A DNA stretch of 64,000 nt, from positions 1,792,001-1,856,000 of the forward strand of contig OZ252244.1 in the NCBI GenBank assembly GCA_965249575.1, in the 5' to 3' direction. Below the pieces are notes generated by a model. That model was not told the DNA's origin, made no database searches, and worked only from the letters and a program-made list of their open reading frames with translations. The translations under genes and the position numbers were made by a program. The first letter of the stretch is position 1. Every line of letters begins with the position of its first letter. The stretch comes from Gemmatimonadales bacterium (GTDB taxonomy: Bacteria > Gemmatimonadota > Gemmatimonadetes > Gemmatimonadales > GWC2-71-9). Positions 29,268 through 38,825 of this stretch are shown piece by piece.

Positions 29268-32200
29268 ATGTACATCGAGCTTCACTGCCATTCGGCATTT
29301 TCGTTTCTGAACGGTACCGCTCTTCCCGAGACGCTCGTTCTCGAGGCGAAGAACTTGGGTTATCCGGCTCTCGCGCTCACGGACCATCACGGCGTATACG
29401 GGTCCATGGCGTTCGCGCACGCCGCCAAACAAATGGACTTACAGGCGATTACCGGCGCGGAGCTCACCTTGCTGGACGGATCGCACGTCACGCTGCTCGC
29501 CGAAACTCCCGAGGGATATGCAAACCTCTGCCGTCTCGTTACCGAGACGCATCTCGCGCGGGAAGATCGGCGCGACCCCCGGCTCGACTTTGCTTCGCTC
29601 GAGCGACGGCACGAGGGCCTCATCATTCTCTCGGGATGCCGGGAGGGACTCCTACCGCGGGTGCTCGCCGGCGAGGGGTTCACCGCCGCGCGCCGCTTCG
29701 CTGATCGATGCGCGGCGGTGTTCGGGCGCGAGCGGTTTTTCGTGGAACTGCAACGAAACGCCGTTCACGGTGACGCGGCACTGAGCCGTGCGCTGGCGGA
29801 CATCGCGGACGCCAGCGGCCTTCACGTCGTGGCAACCGGGAACGTCCACTATCACCGCCGGGAGCAACACCGGCTGTACGACGTTTTGGTCGCGATCCGC
29901 CATCGTACGACGCTGGACAACTCACACGATGTCCGAAAACCGAACAGCGAGTTTTATCTTCGCTCGCCGGCAGACGTCGCGGCGCTGTTCCGCGACCGGC
30001 CCGACGCGGTAGCGAACACCGGTGTCATCGCCGGGCGATGCGCTGCTTTCGATCTCACGAAGGACTTGGGCTACAGCTTCCCCGACTTCCGGGGGCAGAG
30101 CCGTTCCAACACCGCCCCGCACGCGCTGGCCGATCTCTGCTGGCAGCAACTCGAGGAATACTATCCGCCCGACACCGAGCATCGCGCAGCAGCGGAGAGC
30201 CGTCTTCGTGAAGAGCTGCGGCTGGTCGAACATCACAAGCTCTGCGGCTTTTTTCTCGTCTATCACGACCTGCTGGATCTCGCGACCGAGGTGGCAACCG
30301 ACGTCCGGCGGGGGTCCCTGCGGACCCACGCGAACCTCCTGCCCGGTCGCGGGCGAGGTTCTTCCGTGTCGTCCATCATCTGCTACTTCCTGGGGCTCTC
30401 CCACATCGATCCTATCGCGAATCATCTCTTTCTCGGCCGATTCCTGAACGAGACGCTCGCATCGGTGCCGGACATCGATCTCGATTTCCCGCGGGAGATC
30501 CGTGAGGAATTGATTCGTCGCGTCTACAAACGATATGGAGACGACAACGTTGGGCTGGTCTGCTCGTATCCCACGTATCGTCTGCGTTCAGCCGTCCGGG
30601 AGATCGGAAAGGCGCTCGATCTCCCAGCGGGCGAGCTCGAGCAGGTCGCGCGGCTCACCGAACACTACTCCGCGGGAACACTGCGCGAAGAAGTCGAAAA
30701 ACTTCCCGGCTTTGCCGGACGGTCTGCGGCGCCGCTCTGGCGCGACCTGTGCGACTTGTCCGAGGAGATCGCCGGCCTTCCGCGCCACATCTCACAACAC
30801 GTCGGCGGAATGATCATCTCGAGCCGCCCGCTGGTCGAGCTGGTGCCGCTCGAGCGCTCGGCCATGCCCGATCGCGTGGTCTGCCAATGGGACAAGGACT
30901 CCTGTGACGACGCGCGGTTCATCAAGATCGATTTCCTGGCACTCGGCATGCTTTCGCTGGTCGAGGAATGCCTGGAGTCGATCGCCGTCAGGACCGGGAC
31001 GCCCCCCGATCTGAGCCGGATCGACTTCGATGACGATACCGTGTACGACACGATCTGTGCGGGCGACACGGTGGGCCTCTTTCAAATCGAAAGCCGCGCG
31101 CAAATCCAGATGGTCCGCCGTACCCGGCCGCGGAATCTCGAAGATCTGTGCGTCGAGGTCGCCATCGTGCGGCCCGGACCGATCGTAGGGGGGGCGGTGA
31201 ACCCATACGTGCGGCGGCGGGAAGCACAGCGAGAGGCGAGGAGACGCAGCCGAGTTTACGAGCCACCAGTCGAGCACCCGCTGCTCCGCGAAGCGCTGGG
31301 CGAAACGCTGGGTGTCATTCTGTACCAGGATCAGGTGTTGCAGGTATGCCAGGCACTTGCGGGGTTCACGGCCGGACAGGCTGAAGCGCTACGCCGGGCA
31401 ATGAGCCGGAAGCGATCCCGCAGCCTGCTAGAGGGTTTCTGGGAAGAGTTTCGAGACGGGGCGGCGAAGCGGGGCGTCGTCGGCCCCACCGCGCGCCGCG
31501 TCTTTGAGCAGGTCGTCGCGTTCTCGGAGTTCGGATTCCCCAAGTCGCATGCCGCGGCGTTCGGGCTGCTCGCCTATCAATCGGCATGGCTCAAGCAGTA
31601 TCACCCGGTCGAGTACTACGCCGCGCTGTTCAACAATCAGCCCATGGGGTTTTACTCCGTGGATGTGCTGGTGAGGGACGCCTCGCGCCACGACGTCGGT
31701 GTTTCCCTGCCCGACATCGAGGCGAGCGATACGTGGTGCACCGTCGAGGGGAAATCGGTTCGCGTCGGCCTGGGGTTCATCCGTGAGTGGGGCAGCGAGG
31801 TTGCGGAGGCCGTGGTGGCTGAGCGTGTGAAGAACGGATCCTACCGCAGCCTGGGAGACCTCGTTCGCCGGGCGCCACCTGGCCTGTCTCGCACCGCCAT
31901 CGACAATCTCGTGTGGGTCGGTGGGTGCGATCGCTTTGGTCTGAGCCGCAGAGAGTTGCTGTGGCAGGTAGGCTTCTGGCTCCCGCCCAAGAACGACCGC
32001 GGCAACGGTAAACGTGTGCGGCGGCAGCTCGAGCTCGCGCTCGATCACCCGCACGAACATGTCCGATTCGCCGGTGTCGCTGAGGACGAACGGCTACTGG
32101 CGGAATACGAAGTCCTGGGGTTCGCGGCCTCCGGGCATCCACTGAAACTGTTGCGGGGAACCCTCCCATCGAGCGTGGTGCCGAGCACCACGCTCGCGTC

Positions 32201-32564
32201 GATCGAACACGGCGCGACGGTCGACGTCGCCGGCATGGCCGTCGCCCGTCAGCGGCCCAGTACGGCAAAGGGGTTCGTGTTCCTGCTCATCGAAGACGAG
32301 GGAGGGATGATCAACGTGATCGTCAGGCCAGACGTCTACGAGCGGGACCGCGTAGTCGTCCGAGGAGAGCCTTTCGTGTGGGTAACCGGCAAGCTCGCCA
32401 AGGATGACGGAACGCTCAACGTCATCGCCGAAGTCGTGAGGCCCCTGAAAGTGAAAGTGGCGCGAACGATGCCGGAGGTCCCGCCTCAGGCCGCGTCGCG
32501 TACTCCCTACTCGTTCCTCAAGACGATGCGCAGCGTGGCCCCCGGCTCGAAGGACTGGGGCTAG
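29268..32564 (+). CDS. dnaE2: Error-prone DNA polymerase III alpha subunit DnaE2
   Basis: ELHCHSAFSFL, GRGS, PDIDLDF, SQHVGG, QWDKD, FPKSHAAAF, RQRPSTAKG, terminal SKDWG (SRDF-like). Confidence 0.95.
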   Translation: MYIELHCHSAFSFLNGTALPETLVLEAKNLGYPALALTDHHGVYGSMAFAHAAKQMDLQAITGAELTLLDGSHVTLLAETPEGYANLCRLVTETHLAREDRRDPRLDFASLERRHEGLIILSGCREGLLPRVLAGEGFTAARRFADRCAAVFGRERFFVELQRNAVHGDAALSRALADIADASGLHVVATGNVHYHRREQHRLYDVLVAIRHRTTLDNSHDVRKPNSEFYLRSPADVAALFRDRPDAVANTGVIAGRCAAFDLTKDLGYSFPDFRGQSRSNTAPHALADLCWQQLEEYYPPDTEHRAAAESRLREELRLVEHHKLCGFFLVYHDLLDLATEVATDVRRGSLRTHANLLPGRGRGSSVSSIICYFLGLSHIDPIANHLFLGRFLNETLASVPDIDLDFPREIREELIRRVYKRYGDDNVGLVCSYPTYRLRSAVREIGKALDLPAGELEQVARLTEHYSAGTLREEVEKLPGFAGRSAAPLWRDLCDLSEEIAGLPRHISQHVGGMIISSRPLVELVPLERSAMPDRVVCQWDKDSCDDARFIKIDFLALGMLSLVEECLESIAVRTGTPPDLSRIDFDDDTVYDTICAGDTVGLFQIESRAQIQMVRRTRPRNLEDLCVEVAIVRPGPIVGGAVNPYVRRREAQREARRRSRVYEPPVEHPLLREALGETLGVILYQDQVLQVCQALAGFTAGQAEALRRAMSRKRSRSLLEGFWEEFRDGAAKRGVVGPTARRVFEQVVAFSEFGFPKSHAAAFGLLAYQSAWLKQYHPVEYYAALFNNQPMGFYSVDVLVRDASRHDVGVSLPDIEASDTWCTVEGKSVRVGLGFIREWGSEVAEAVVAERVKNGSYRSLGDLVRRAPPGLSRTAIDNLVWVGGCDRFGLSRRELLWQVGFWLPPKNDRGNGKRVRRQLELALDHPHEHVRFAGVAEDERLLAEYEVLGFAASGHPLKLLRGTLPSSVVPSTTLASIEHGATVDVAGMAVARQRPSTAKGFVFLLIEDEGGMINVIVRPDVYERDRVVVRGEPFVWVTGKLAKDDGTLNVIAEVVRPLKVKVARTMPEVPPQAASRTPYSFLKTMRSVAPGSKDWG

Positions 32565-32605
32565 TATAACGTCGCTGACTGCGAATGAAGGCCCAGCACG
32601 ACCCG

Positions 32606-33823
32606 TCAGGCCGGTACTTCCAGCCCCTTGGTCGCGAGAATGCGCTCGATCGCCTCGCCGATCTTGTTGTTGGGTGTCGAAGCGCCAGCGGTGATACCGA
32701 CGGTCAAGGCAGGTGCGTCGAGCCACCCCGACTCCTCGACCTCGCCGTCGCCGGCGCCGCCGCCGCCGCCGCCGCCGACAGGTTTGAAGCGAATCGTGCC
32801 GGATTCGGGGTCGATACACGACGCGTCGGAAATGTGATAGCTCCGACGCTTCGACGAGCAGATCCGGGCGAGGTTGTTCGTGTTGCTCGAGTTGTAGCCG
32901 CCGATCACTACCATGATGTCGAGCGGCTCCTCGATCAGATCGATCACGGCGTCCTGCCGTTCCTGGGTAGCCGAGCAAATCGTATCGAAGTTCCGAAGGT
33001 GCTCATCCAGACTGCTCTCTCCGTAGCGTGTGGCCATCGCCTTGCCGATCCGCTCTCCAATGGCAAGCGACTCGGTGGCAAGCATCGTCGTTTGATTGGC
33101 CAGCCCCGCCCGCTCGAGATCCCGTGAAAAATCGAACCCCTCGGACACCTTGTCCCGAAACCGCTCCGTCAACGGATCCGGGTCGGCGTCGTCCTCGATG
33201 AAGCGACAGACCATTTCGGCTTCGTTCATGTTCCTGACGATCAGGTACCTCCCTCCCGCAATCCTGGTTACCTGGCTGACGGTGGCCTTCGTCTCCTCAT
33301 GGAAGTGCTTGCCGTGCACGATCGCCGTGAACCCCTCTTTGGCATATCGTTCCACCCGCTTCCACACGTTCAGCACCGAGCCGCACGTGGTATCCACCAG
33401 CACGCAGCCCTTCTCGCGAAGCAGCTCGAAATCCTCCACGGTTACGCCAAACGCCGGGATCAGCACGACGTCGTCGGTCACGACCTTCTGGAAATCGAAA
33501 CCGCCGGTATCGCCTCGCTCGACGATGGTGATCCCCATGCTCTCGAGCTTTCGATTCACGTGCGGGTTGTGGATGATCTCCCCAACGAGAAACAGCCGTT
33601 TCCCCGGGAACTTCTTCCGCGTCTCGTAGGCATACTCGACCGCGCGGTCGACGCCGTAGCAGAACCCGAACACCTTCGCCAAACGCACGGTGACGGTGCC
33701 AACGGTGAGACCGTGGCCGTCTTCGCGAATGCGCTCGACCAACTGGCTGTGGTAATCGGCCGACAGTTCGTCGGCGATGTCGCGCCGGAGTCCGAAACCC
33801 TTTCGGAAATACGTCTGTTCCAT
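32606..33823 (-). CDS. ispH: 4-hydroxy-3-methylbut-2-enyl diphosphate reductase
   Basis: FGFCYGVDRA, IIHNP, DTTC, NQTT, TICSATQERQ, SSNT, TAGASTP. Confidence 0.95.
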   Translation of the reverse strand: MEQTYFRKGFGLRRDIADELSADYHSQLVERIREDGHGLTVGTVTVRLAKVFGFCYGVDRAVEYAYETRKKFPGKRLFLVGEIIHNPHVNRKLESMGITIVERGDTGGFDFQKVVTDDVVLIPAFGVTVEDFELLREKGCVLVDTTCGSVLNVWKRVERYAKEGFTAIVHGKHFHEETKATVSQVTRIAGGRYLIVRNMNEAEMVCRFIEDDADPDPLTERFRDKVSEGFDFSRDLERAGLANQTTMLATESLAIGERIGKAMATRYGESSLDEHLRNFDTICSATQERQDAVIDLIEEPLDIMVVIGGYNSSNTNNLARICSSKRRSYHISDASCIDPESGTIRFKPVGGGGGGGAGDGEVEESGWLDAPALTVGITAGASTPNNKIGEAIERILATKGLEVPA

Positions 33824-33833
33824 GCCGTCCAAT

Positions 33834-34481
33834 CTAACCGGCGGCTGGGGTCCCCGCCGTGCGTTCCCCGCCCACGGTCTTACTGTCGGCCCCGGCGGGT
33901 GCGCAGGTCCCGTCGTCGAACTGCCCGACCGGGATTCCCTCGAAGGCACCAAAGAGGGTGGCGGAGGTGTCCACACTGACCTCGTCCAGGTTCAGGGTGA
34001 GGCGTCCGCTCAGACGATCGCCGACCTCGTCGAGCTCGACTCCTCCGCTCAGCGCGCGAAACCCGAACGATCCGGTCGTTTGATAGAGTTGAACGGCCGC
34101 GAGTGCTCCGGGAACCGGAACGACGCTGTCCCCGGGGACGTACACGGGGTACGTGCCCGGGACCACTCCCTCTTCCGGCAGCCGAAGCACGATCACCGCC
34201 CCGGCACCACCCTCCTCCGCCTCGATGATCAACACCGGCTGGCCGGGGCAGGTGCCCGCTTTCGCCTCCCACGAGCCTCCGAGCTTCGGGAAGTCCGGGC
34301 TCACCGCCACGAGCTGGCCTCGCCCCACCACCGCACCCGCCAGCGGGTCGCCCGCCGGAGCTGGTGCGGTAGTCGACTCTGCGGCTTGCCCGACGTCCGA
34401 CGGCGCGCCGACATCACCGCCCGCACTCGCGCCATCACCGCATCCGATACAGACGCACGCGACGAGCGCGGCCTTCTTCAT
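33834..34481 (-). CDS. Hypothetical lipoprotein
   Basis: MKKAALVACVCIGC lipobox-like signal; 4-bp overlap with the upstream gene. Confidence 0.65.
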   Translation of the reverse strand: MKKAALVACVCIGCGDGASAGGDVGAPSDVGQAAESTTAPAPAGDPLAGAVVGRGQLVAVSPDFPKLGGSWEAKAGTCPGQPVLIIEAEEGGAGAVIVLRLPEEGVVPGTYPVYVPGDSVVPVPGALAAVQLYQTTGSFGFRALSGGVELDEVGDRLSGRLTLNLDEVSVDTSATLFGAFEGIPVGQFDDGTCAPAGADSKTVGGERTAGTPAAG

Positions 34482-34948
34482 GGCGCATCCGGCGGCCCGA
34501 CGCCGAGGAATTGGCGGGCGGCCTCAGCCGTACAGGTGAACGGCTCGAGGAGCGCCCGCAGCTCCTTCGGAATCGGGCGCGGCTTGAGTGAGACCCGGTC
34601 GGTGCATACCAGCACTTCGTGACCTGCCGCCGCGAGCCGCTTGGGCTCGACATGCAGCACGTCGAAGCTGATCGATATCGAGCTCGTCCCAAAGCGGGTG
34701 AAGTAGACCGCAACCTGTAGGCGGTCGTCCAGCCGCGCCGGGTACTCGAAATCGCAGTCGAGATGTGCCCTGGGGAGCCACATGTCGAAGCGGTCGAAGA
34801 CCTCGCCGTACGGGATCCCAGCCGACCGGAACAGCTCGGTCTCCGCGATCTCGAAAAAACGGACGTACGCCCCGTAGAAAATGATCCCGGCGAAGTCCAC
34901 GTCGGACCAGCGGACGTAATCGTCAATCACAAAGGGCTTCGAAGACAT
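34478..34948 (-). CDS. Thioesterase (YbgC/4HBT family)
   Basis: VRWSDVDFAGIIFYGAYVRFFE.AE, F.YPARLDD. Confidence 0.9.
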   Translation of the reverse strand: MSSKPFVIDDYVRWSDVDFAGIIFYGAYVRFFEIAETELFRSAGIPYGEVFDRFDMWLPRAHLDCDFEYPARLDDRLQVAVYFTRFGTSSISISFDVLHVEPKRLAAAGHEVLVCTDRVSLKPRPIPKELRALLEPFTCTAEAARQFLGVGPPDAP

Positions 34949-35018
34949 CGAGTGAACGTAGGTGGGGGATGGAACCTGCGGAAGTGGATGAGGGGGAAGA
35001 GGCGCCGGGGGTGAGGCC

Positions 35019-35486
35019 CTACCCTATGCCCGAGCCGCGTCGATTGCGCGCAAGGCCGTACTGCCGGAGCCTCCGCCAGAGGGTGGTCCGGGAGATGCCC
35101 AGCCTTCGAGCAGCCTTCGTGAGCTTCCAGTTGGTGGCCGCGAGGGCTTCGAGTATCGCTTCTCGCTCCCGGTCGGCCAGCCGAGCGAGGGTCGGGATGC
35201 GCAGAACGTAGATCGCCAAGGCGTCATCGGCGGGCGTCCCGTAGAGCCTCCGGGCCCTGACCCCCCGAAGACCCGCCTTCGCGAGTGCAGCCGCCTCAGT
35301 CAGCCCTACAAGCTCCCCTTTGTCGGTCAGCACGGAACGCGCGGCGTGGTTGGCGTAGACCATCGCGCCACGATCGCCAAACACGACCAGGCCCTCGCTG
35401 ACCGAATCCAGCAACGTCCCAGCCAAACGCCCGACTATGTCGGTGGCCGATCCCAACCCGGGCTCCCGAGACTCCGAATAGCTCAT
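35019..35486 (-). CDS. PAS-like plus Fis-type HTH protein
   Basis: LLDSVSEGLVVF...YANHAA and EREAILEALAATNWKLTKAARRLGISRTTLWRRL. Confidence 0.8.
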   Translation of the reverse strand: MSYSESREPGLGSATDIVGRLAGTLLDSVSEGLVVFGDRGAMVYANHAARSVLTDKGELVGLTEAAALAKAGLRGVRARRLYGTPADDALAIYVLRIPTLARLADREREAILEALAATNWKLTKAARRLGISRTTLWRRLRQYGLARNRRGSGIG

Positions 35487-35608
35487 CCAACGCAGATACG
35501 ACCGATTCGGTGGGGGAGTTTCGAAGGCCCCGCGGGTCGTGTCGCTGCAACCCGAACCCCAGCTACCTTCACGAGGCCCGGGCGCAATCCCCCATCCCGC
35601 GGTATATT

Positions 35609-35626
35609 TGACTGTCCAGACAGTCA
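35609..35626. promoter_or_regulatory. Palindromic operator upstream of tetR
   Basis: TGACTGT-CCAG-ACAGTCA, 19 nt before the ATG. Confidence 0.75.
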
Positions 35627-35645
35627 TTTACTGTGGAGGCGGTTC

Positions 35646-36227
35646 ATGGCTAGATCGTCAGGGGATTCTAAGGCCCGTATTCTGGCCGCAGCGGAGTCCC
35701 AGCTGCGGGAACGGGGTGCGGCAAGCTTGACCATAGATGCCGTAGCACGCGAGGCTCGGTGTGCTAAGGGCCTTGTTACGTATCACTTCTCGAGCAAGGC
35801 ACGGCTGCTGGCCGCGGCGGTCGACCAGATGCTGGCCGGGCGTGAGGATCGCTGGGAGGCCGCCCTTAGCGGGTCAACGCCAGATGCCGCGATCAAGAAG
35901 AGCTGGGCGCTATTGGATTCCGAGGCGGGCGACGGCGTCTGGCGTGCGTGGAGCTCGCTGCTCTCTGGCGGTGATAAATTGACTGTTCAGACAGTCAATA
36001 ATGCCACCGAGCGTTTTACCCGAACCGTTACGAGAGCGATCGGGACCCTCCTGGATGACCAGGGGCTTGGGCTTCGAGCATCGGTCAACGAGGTCGGTAG
36101 GCTTGTAGCGGCGAGTGTGCACGGCCTGAGCCTTCATCTCGCGTCCGGGGGTCATGCAGAGGAGCTCGAAGGCGCCTACTACGCCCTTTGGGTCGGGGTT
36201 CTGGCGCTCACGGAGCCGGCCCGGTGA
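35646..36227 (+). CDS. TetR/AcrR family regulator
   Basis: ILAAA...ERG...TIDAVAREA..AKGLVTYHFSSK. Confidence 0.9.
   Translation: MARSSGDSKARILAAAESQLRERGAASLTIDAVAREARCAKGLVTYHFSSKARLLAAAVDQMLAGREDRWEAALSGSTPDAAIKKSWALLDSEAGDGVWRAWSSLLSGGDKLTVQTVNNATERFTRTVTRAIGTLLDDQGLGLRASVNEVGRLVAASVHGLSLHLASGGHAEELEGAYYALWVGVLALTEPAR
35978..35999. promoter_or_regulatory. Intragenic copy of the tetR operator
   Basis: ATTGACTGT-TCAG-ACAGTCAAT. Confidence 0.65.
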
Positions 36228-36233
36228 TGCCGG

Positions 36234-38786
36234 CTAGCGCCAGCGGGTACGGTGCCGGCGGTGTTTGTGTCGCTTGGGAGTGGACCGCGCGGCCCGCTTC
36301 AGGTCGTTCAGGGAATCGGCTCGAACGGTACCTTTGCTCCCCCGAACCAACCCAAACCTGAGCGGGCGATCGACGCTGGGGAGGTCGCGCTCACGGAGCC
36401 GGCGGGCCTGTCCTTCCCGCACGTTGAGTCGCACGACTCCGAGCTCCCCTTCCAGCTCGTAGCGCAGCGGCACTCGATCGCCAAGAACATGAGTCGACGA
36501 GGGCAATGCCTCCAACTGGGTGCGTGTCTCCTCGGGAACTAGCTCGGTCACGTCGAGCTCAACGGCCGTCGACAGAAACTCCTCGTAGGTCCGAACGTCG
36601 GAGAATTGTGCGCCCAGCAGGCCGCGAACCCGTTCCGGATCTGCCTCTTCCAGTGTGCCCCCAGACCGGCGCCAGTACTCGTCGAGCCGCGATACGGACC
36701 GCGCGACGGCCTTCTGCGAGGGATGGGGGGTCTGATCCTTTAGCAGTGCAGTCACGAGCGCCTCGCGCGCCCGATCTGCCAGGTCAGCCGGGAATTCCCC
36801 GGACATCGGCTTGCGCTCGCGATCCAAGACGAAGCCCGCATACTCGGTCTCGTGGGTCACCATGAGCCCCAGGTGACGGCGGCCGTCGTGAAACTCGACT
36901 CCCGGGCGGCCGGTCTTCGCGTACTTGCGCACCAGCTCCAGGGAGATGTTCGACCCCTCGATGGCCGCCCGGGGCACGCCGAACTTGTCGGCGAAGTAGC
37001 GGACGGTGCCGCAGACCGCTCCGTTCGGGCTCGCGACCGATCCGCGGGAAACGCGCACGGGAGCCCCATCGGCCAGTTGCTGGTCGATGGCCAGACTGAA
37101 CGGGGCCACCTTGGCCAGCACGTCGCGGAACCGGCGCGCGGCTGCTGCTCCCGCGTGTGGCAGCTTGGCCGGAAGCTGCACCTCGAGCGATCGGTAGACC
37201 GACGCCGTACCGAGAGCGATGTCCTCGATCGCCTTGATCAACACGCCGTGCTCCGCGGCCCAGTCCTCCATCTCGTCTGCGAACAGGTGGCGTGGCAGTC
37301 CGTAGACTCTGCCGACGTAGCCGAACTCCTTGACCGCCGTCGCGAAGATGTTGTAGGCGGTCAGATGGTCGCTGCCAGGAACGATGAAAGGCCGGATGTT
37401 GCGGGGGTCGCGCGTCATTCTGTGTAAGGAATCGATGTTGGATGAAACAGCGACGAACGGGATCAGGTCCTCATCGGCCTGAACCAGCAGCTCGCCCCAC
37501 GGCCGGTCTACGGGCATCGCCTCGATGTCCCGCCCGTATGCCGTCAACCGGCCCTTCTCCACGATCCCGCGTTCCTCGAGACGCTGCATCGTCCTGCGGT
37601 AGGCTCTCCGATCGAGCGGAACCGGCAGCTCGAGATCCGACAAGTCGATCCCAATCGCCGCCGCGGTGAGCGCCACACGCTCGACGTCGCCCGCGAGCTG
37701 GAACTCCGGCGGTGTCGGTTTCAGCGACCCGAAATCGAGGTCGCGGTCGGTGAGAATGTGGACCTCGCCACTCTGAACGCGCCCGTGCACGCGCCCGGCC
37801 ATCTGGAGAATCTCGTTGGCCCCCAGATGCTGGCGCGTGAGCACGTTGGTCGCGCCCTCGACGATATTCGTGTAGCGCGCGTCATAGATCACGACGGTAT
37901 CGAGTCCTGGAACGTTGAGCGCGGACTGGCCGGCGGCCGTCATCGCAAGCAGGAACGGCTTCGAGACGTCGCCTTCCAGGAACGGCCGGATGACCCGGAT
38001 CGGCTCCCCGCCGTGGTAGAACGCGGTGTCGAGCTGGATCCATCGCTCGCCCACGTCGGCGGCGACTTCCTCGACCTCTGCGCGGGTGGGAACGAACACT
38101 GCGACGCCTCGCTGCTGGCGCACCACGCGACGAACGAAGTGGTCGTTCAGGAACTGGCGCGGGGTGCGAGGATGATAGGACACCTTGGCCGAGAGCGCCG
38201 GGTCGAACGCCGTGGTCTCGAGCACGTCGGCCGAATCGAGGTAGCGCGCGTAGAAGACGGGATCCACGGTGGCTGACAGCCAGATGAACCGGCACCCGAT
38301 TCGCTTGCCGAGTGCCAGGCACAGTTCGAGCTCCGCGGACGTCTGGTGGATCTCGTCCGCCACGATCGTGTCCTGCGCCGCGATCAGATCGTCCTGAAAC
38401 CAACGGCGGGCGATGCCGGTGGTGACGATCACGACGTTCCAGGTCGGCGTTTCGGGAGTGGCTTCCCGTTCCCGGTTAACCACTCCGATTTTGAGCGGCG
38501 CCTTCAGGATCTCCTCGGCCACGGGCCGGATGCTCAACGTCTTCCCGGTGCCGGTGCCGGCCACGATCCCAAAACCCAGCCGCTGGCGGGCCAGCGTTCG
38601 AATCTCGTCACCGTGCTCCCGCTCGAGCACCGTTTCGAGCTCGAGGCCGAGCGCCAACTCGATCGTCTCGCAGGCGGCCCGGGTCGGAGCGATCACGATG
38701 ATCCGCCCGGTGGAGGGCTCTGCCTTTCGAAAGGCCTCGGGATCCGGCGGGAGGGCGTGATCTCGGGGATGGGAAGCTGGACTCAC
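36234..38786 (-). CDS. DExH-box helicase (HrpA/HrpB-like)
   Basis: AGTGTGKT, DEIH, SAT, QMAGRVHGR. Confidence 0.88.
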   Translation of the reverse strand: MSPASHPRDHALPPDPEAFRKAEPSTGRIIVIAPTRAACETIELALGLELETVLEREHGDEIRTLARQRLGFGIVAGTGTGKTLSIRPVAEEILKAPLKIGVVNREREATPETPTWNVVIVTTGIARRWFQDDLIAAQDTIVADEIHQTSAELELCLALGKRIGCRFIWLSATVDPVFYARYLDSADVLETTAFDPALSAKVSYHPRTPRQFLNDHFVRRVVRQQRGVAVFVPTRAEVEEVAADVGERWIQLDTAFYHGGEPIRVIRPFLEGDVSKPFLLAMTAAGQSALNVPGLDTVVIYDARYTNIVEGATNVLTRQHLGANEILQMAGRVHGRVQSGEVHILTDRDLDFGSLKPTPPEFQLAGDVERVALTAAAIGIDLSDLELPVPLDRRAYRRTMQRLEERGIVEKGRLTAYGRDIEAMPVDRPWGELLVQADEDLIPFVAVSSNIDSLHRMTRDPRNIRPFIVPGSDHLTAYNIFATAVKEFGYVGRVYGLPRHLFADEMEDWAAEHGVLIKAIEDIALGTASVYRSLEVQLPAKLPHAGAAAARRFRDVLAKVAPFSLAIDQQLADGAPVRVSRGSVASPNGAVCGTVRYFADKFGVPRAAIEGSNISLELVRKYAKTGRPGVEFHDGRRHLGLMVTHETEYAGFVLDRERKPMSGEFPADLADRAREALVTALLKDQTPHPSQKAVARSVSRLDEYWRRSGGTLEEADPERVRGLLGAQFSDVRTYEEFLSTAVELDVTELVPEETRTQLEALPSSTHVLGDRVPLRYELEGELGVVRLNVREGQARRLRERDLPSVDRPLRFGLVRGSKGTVRADSLNDLKRAARSTPKRHKHRRHRTRWR

Positions 38787-38825
38787 CAGAGGAAGATACC
38801 GAGGGTGGTCATCGCGGGCTCGCCC

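Noticed and set aside
32753..32777. GCC repeat encoding poly-Gly in ispH
   Set aside because: In-frame low-complexity loop near the C-terminus; unremarkable
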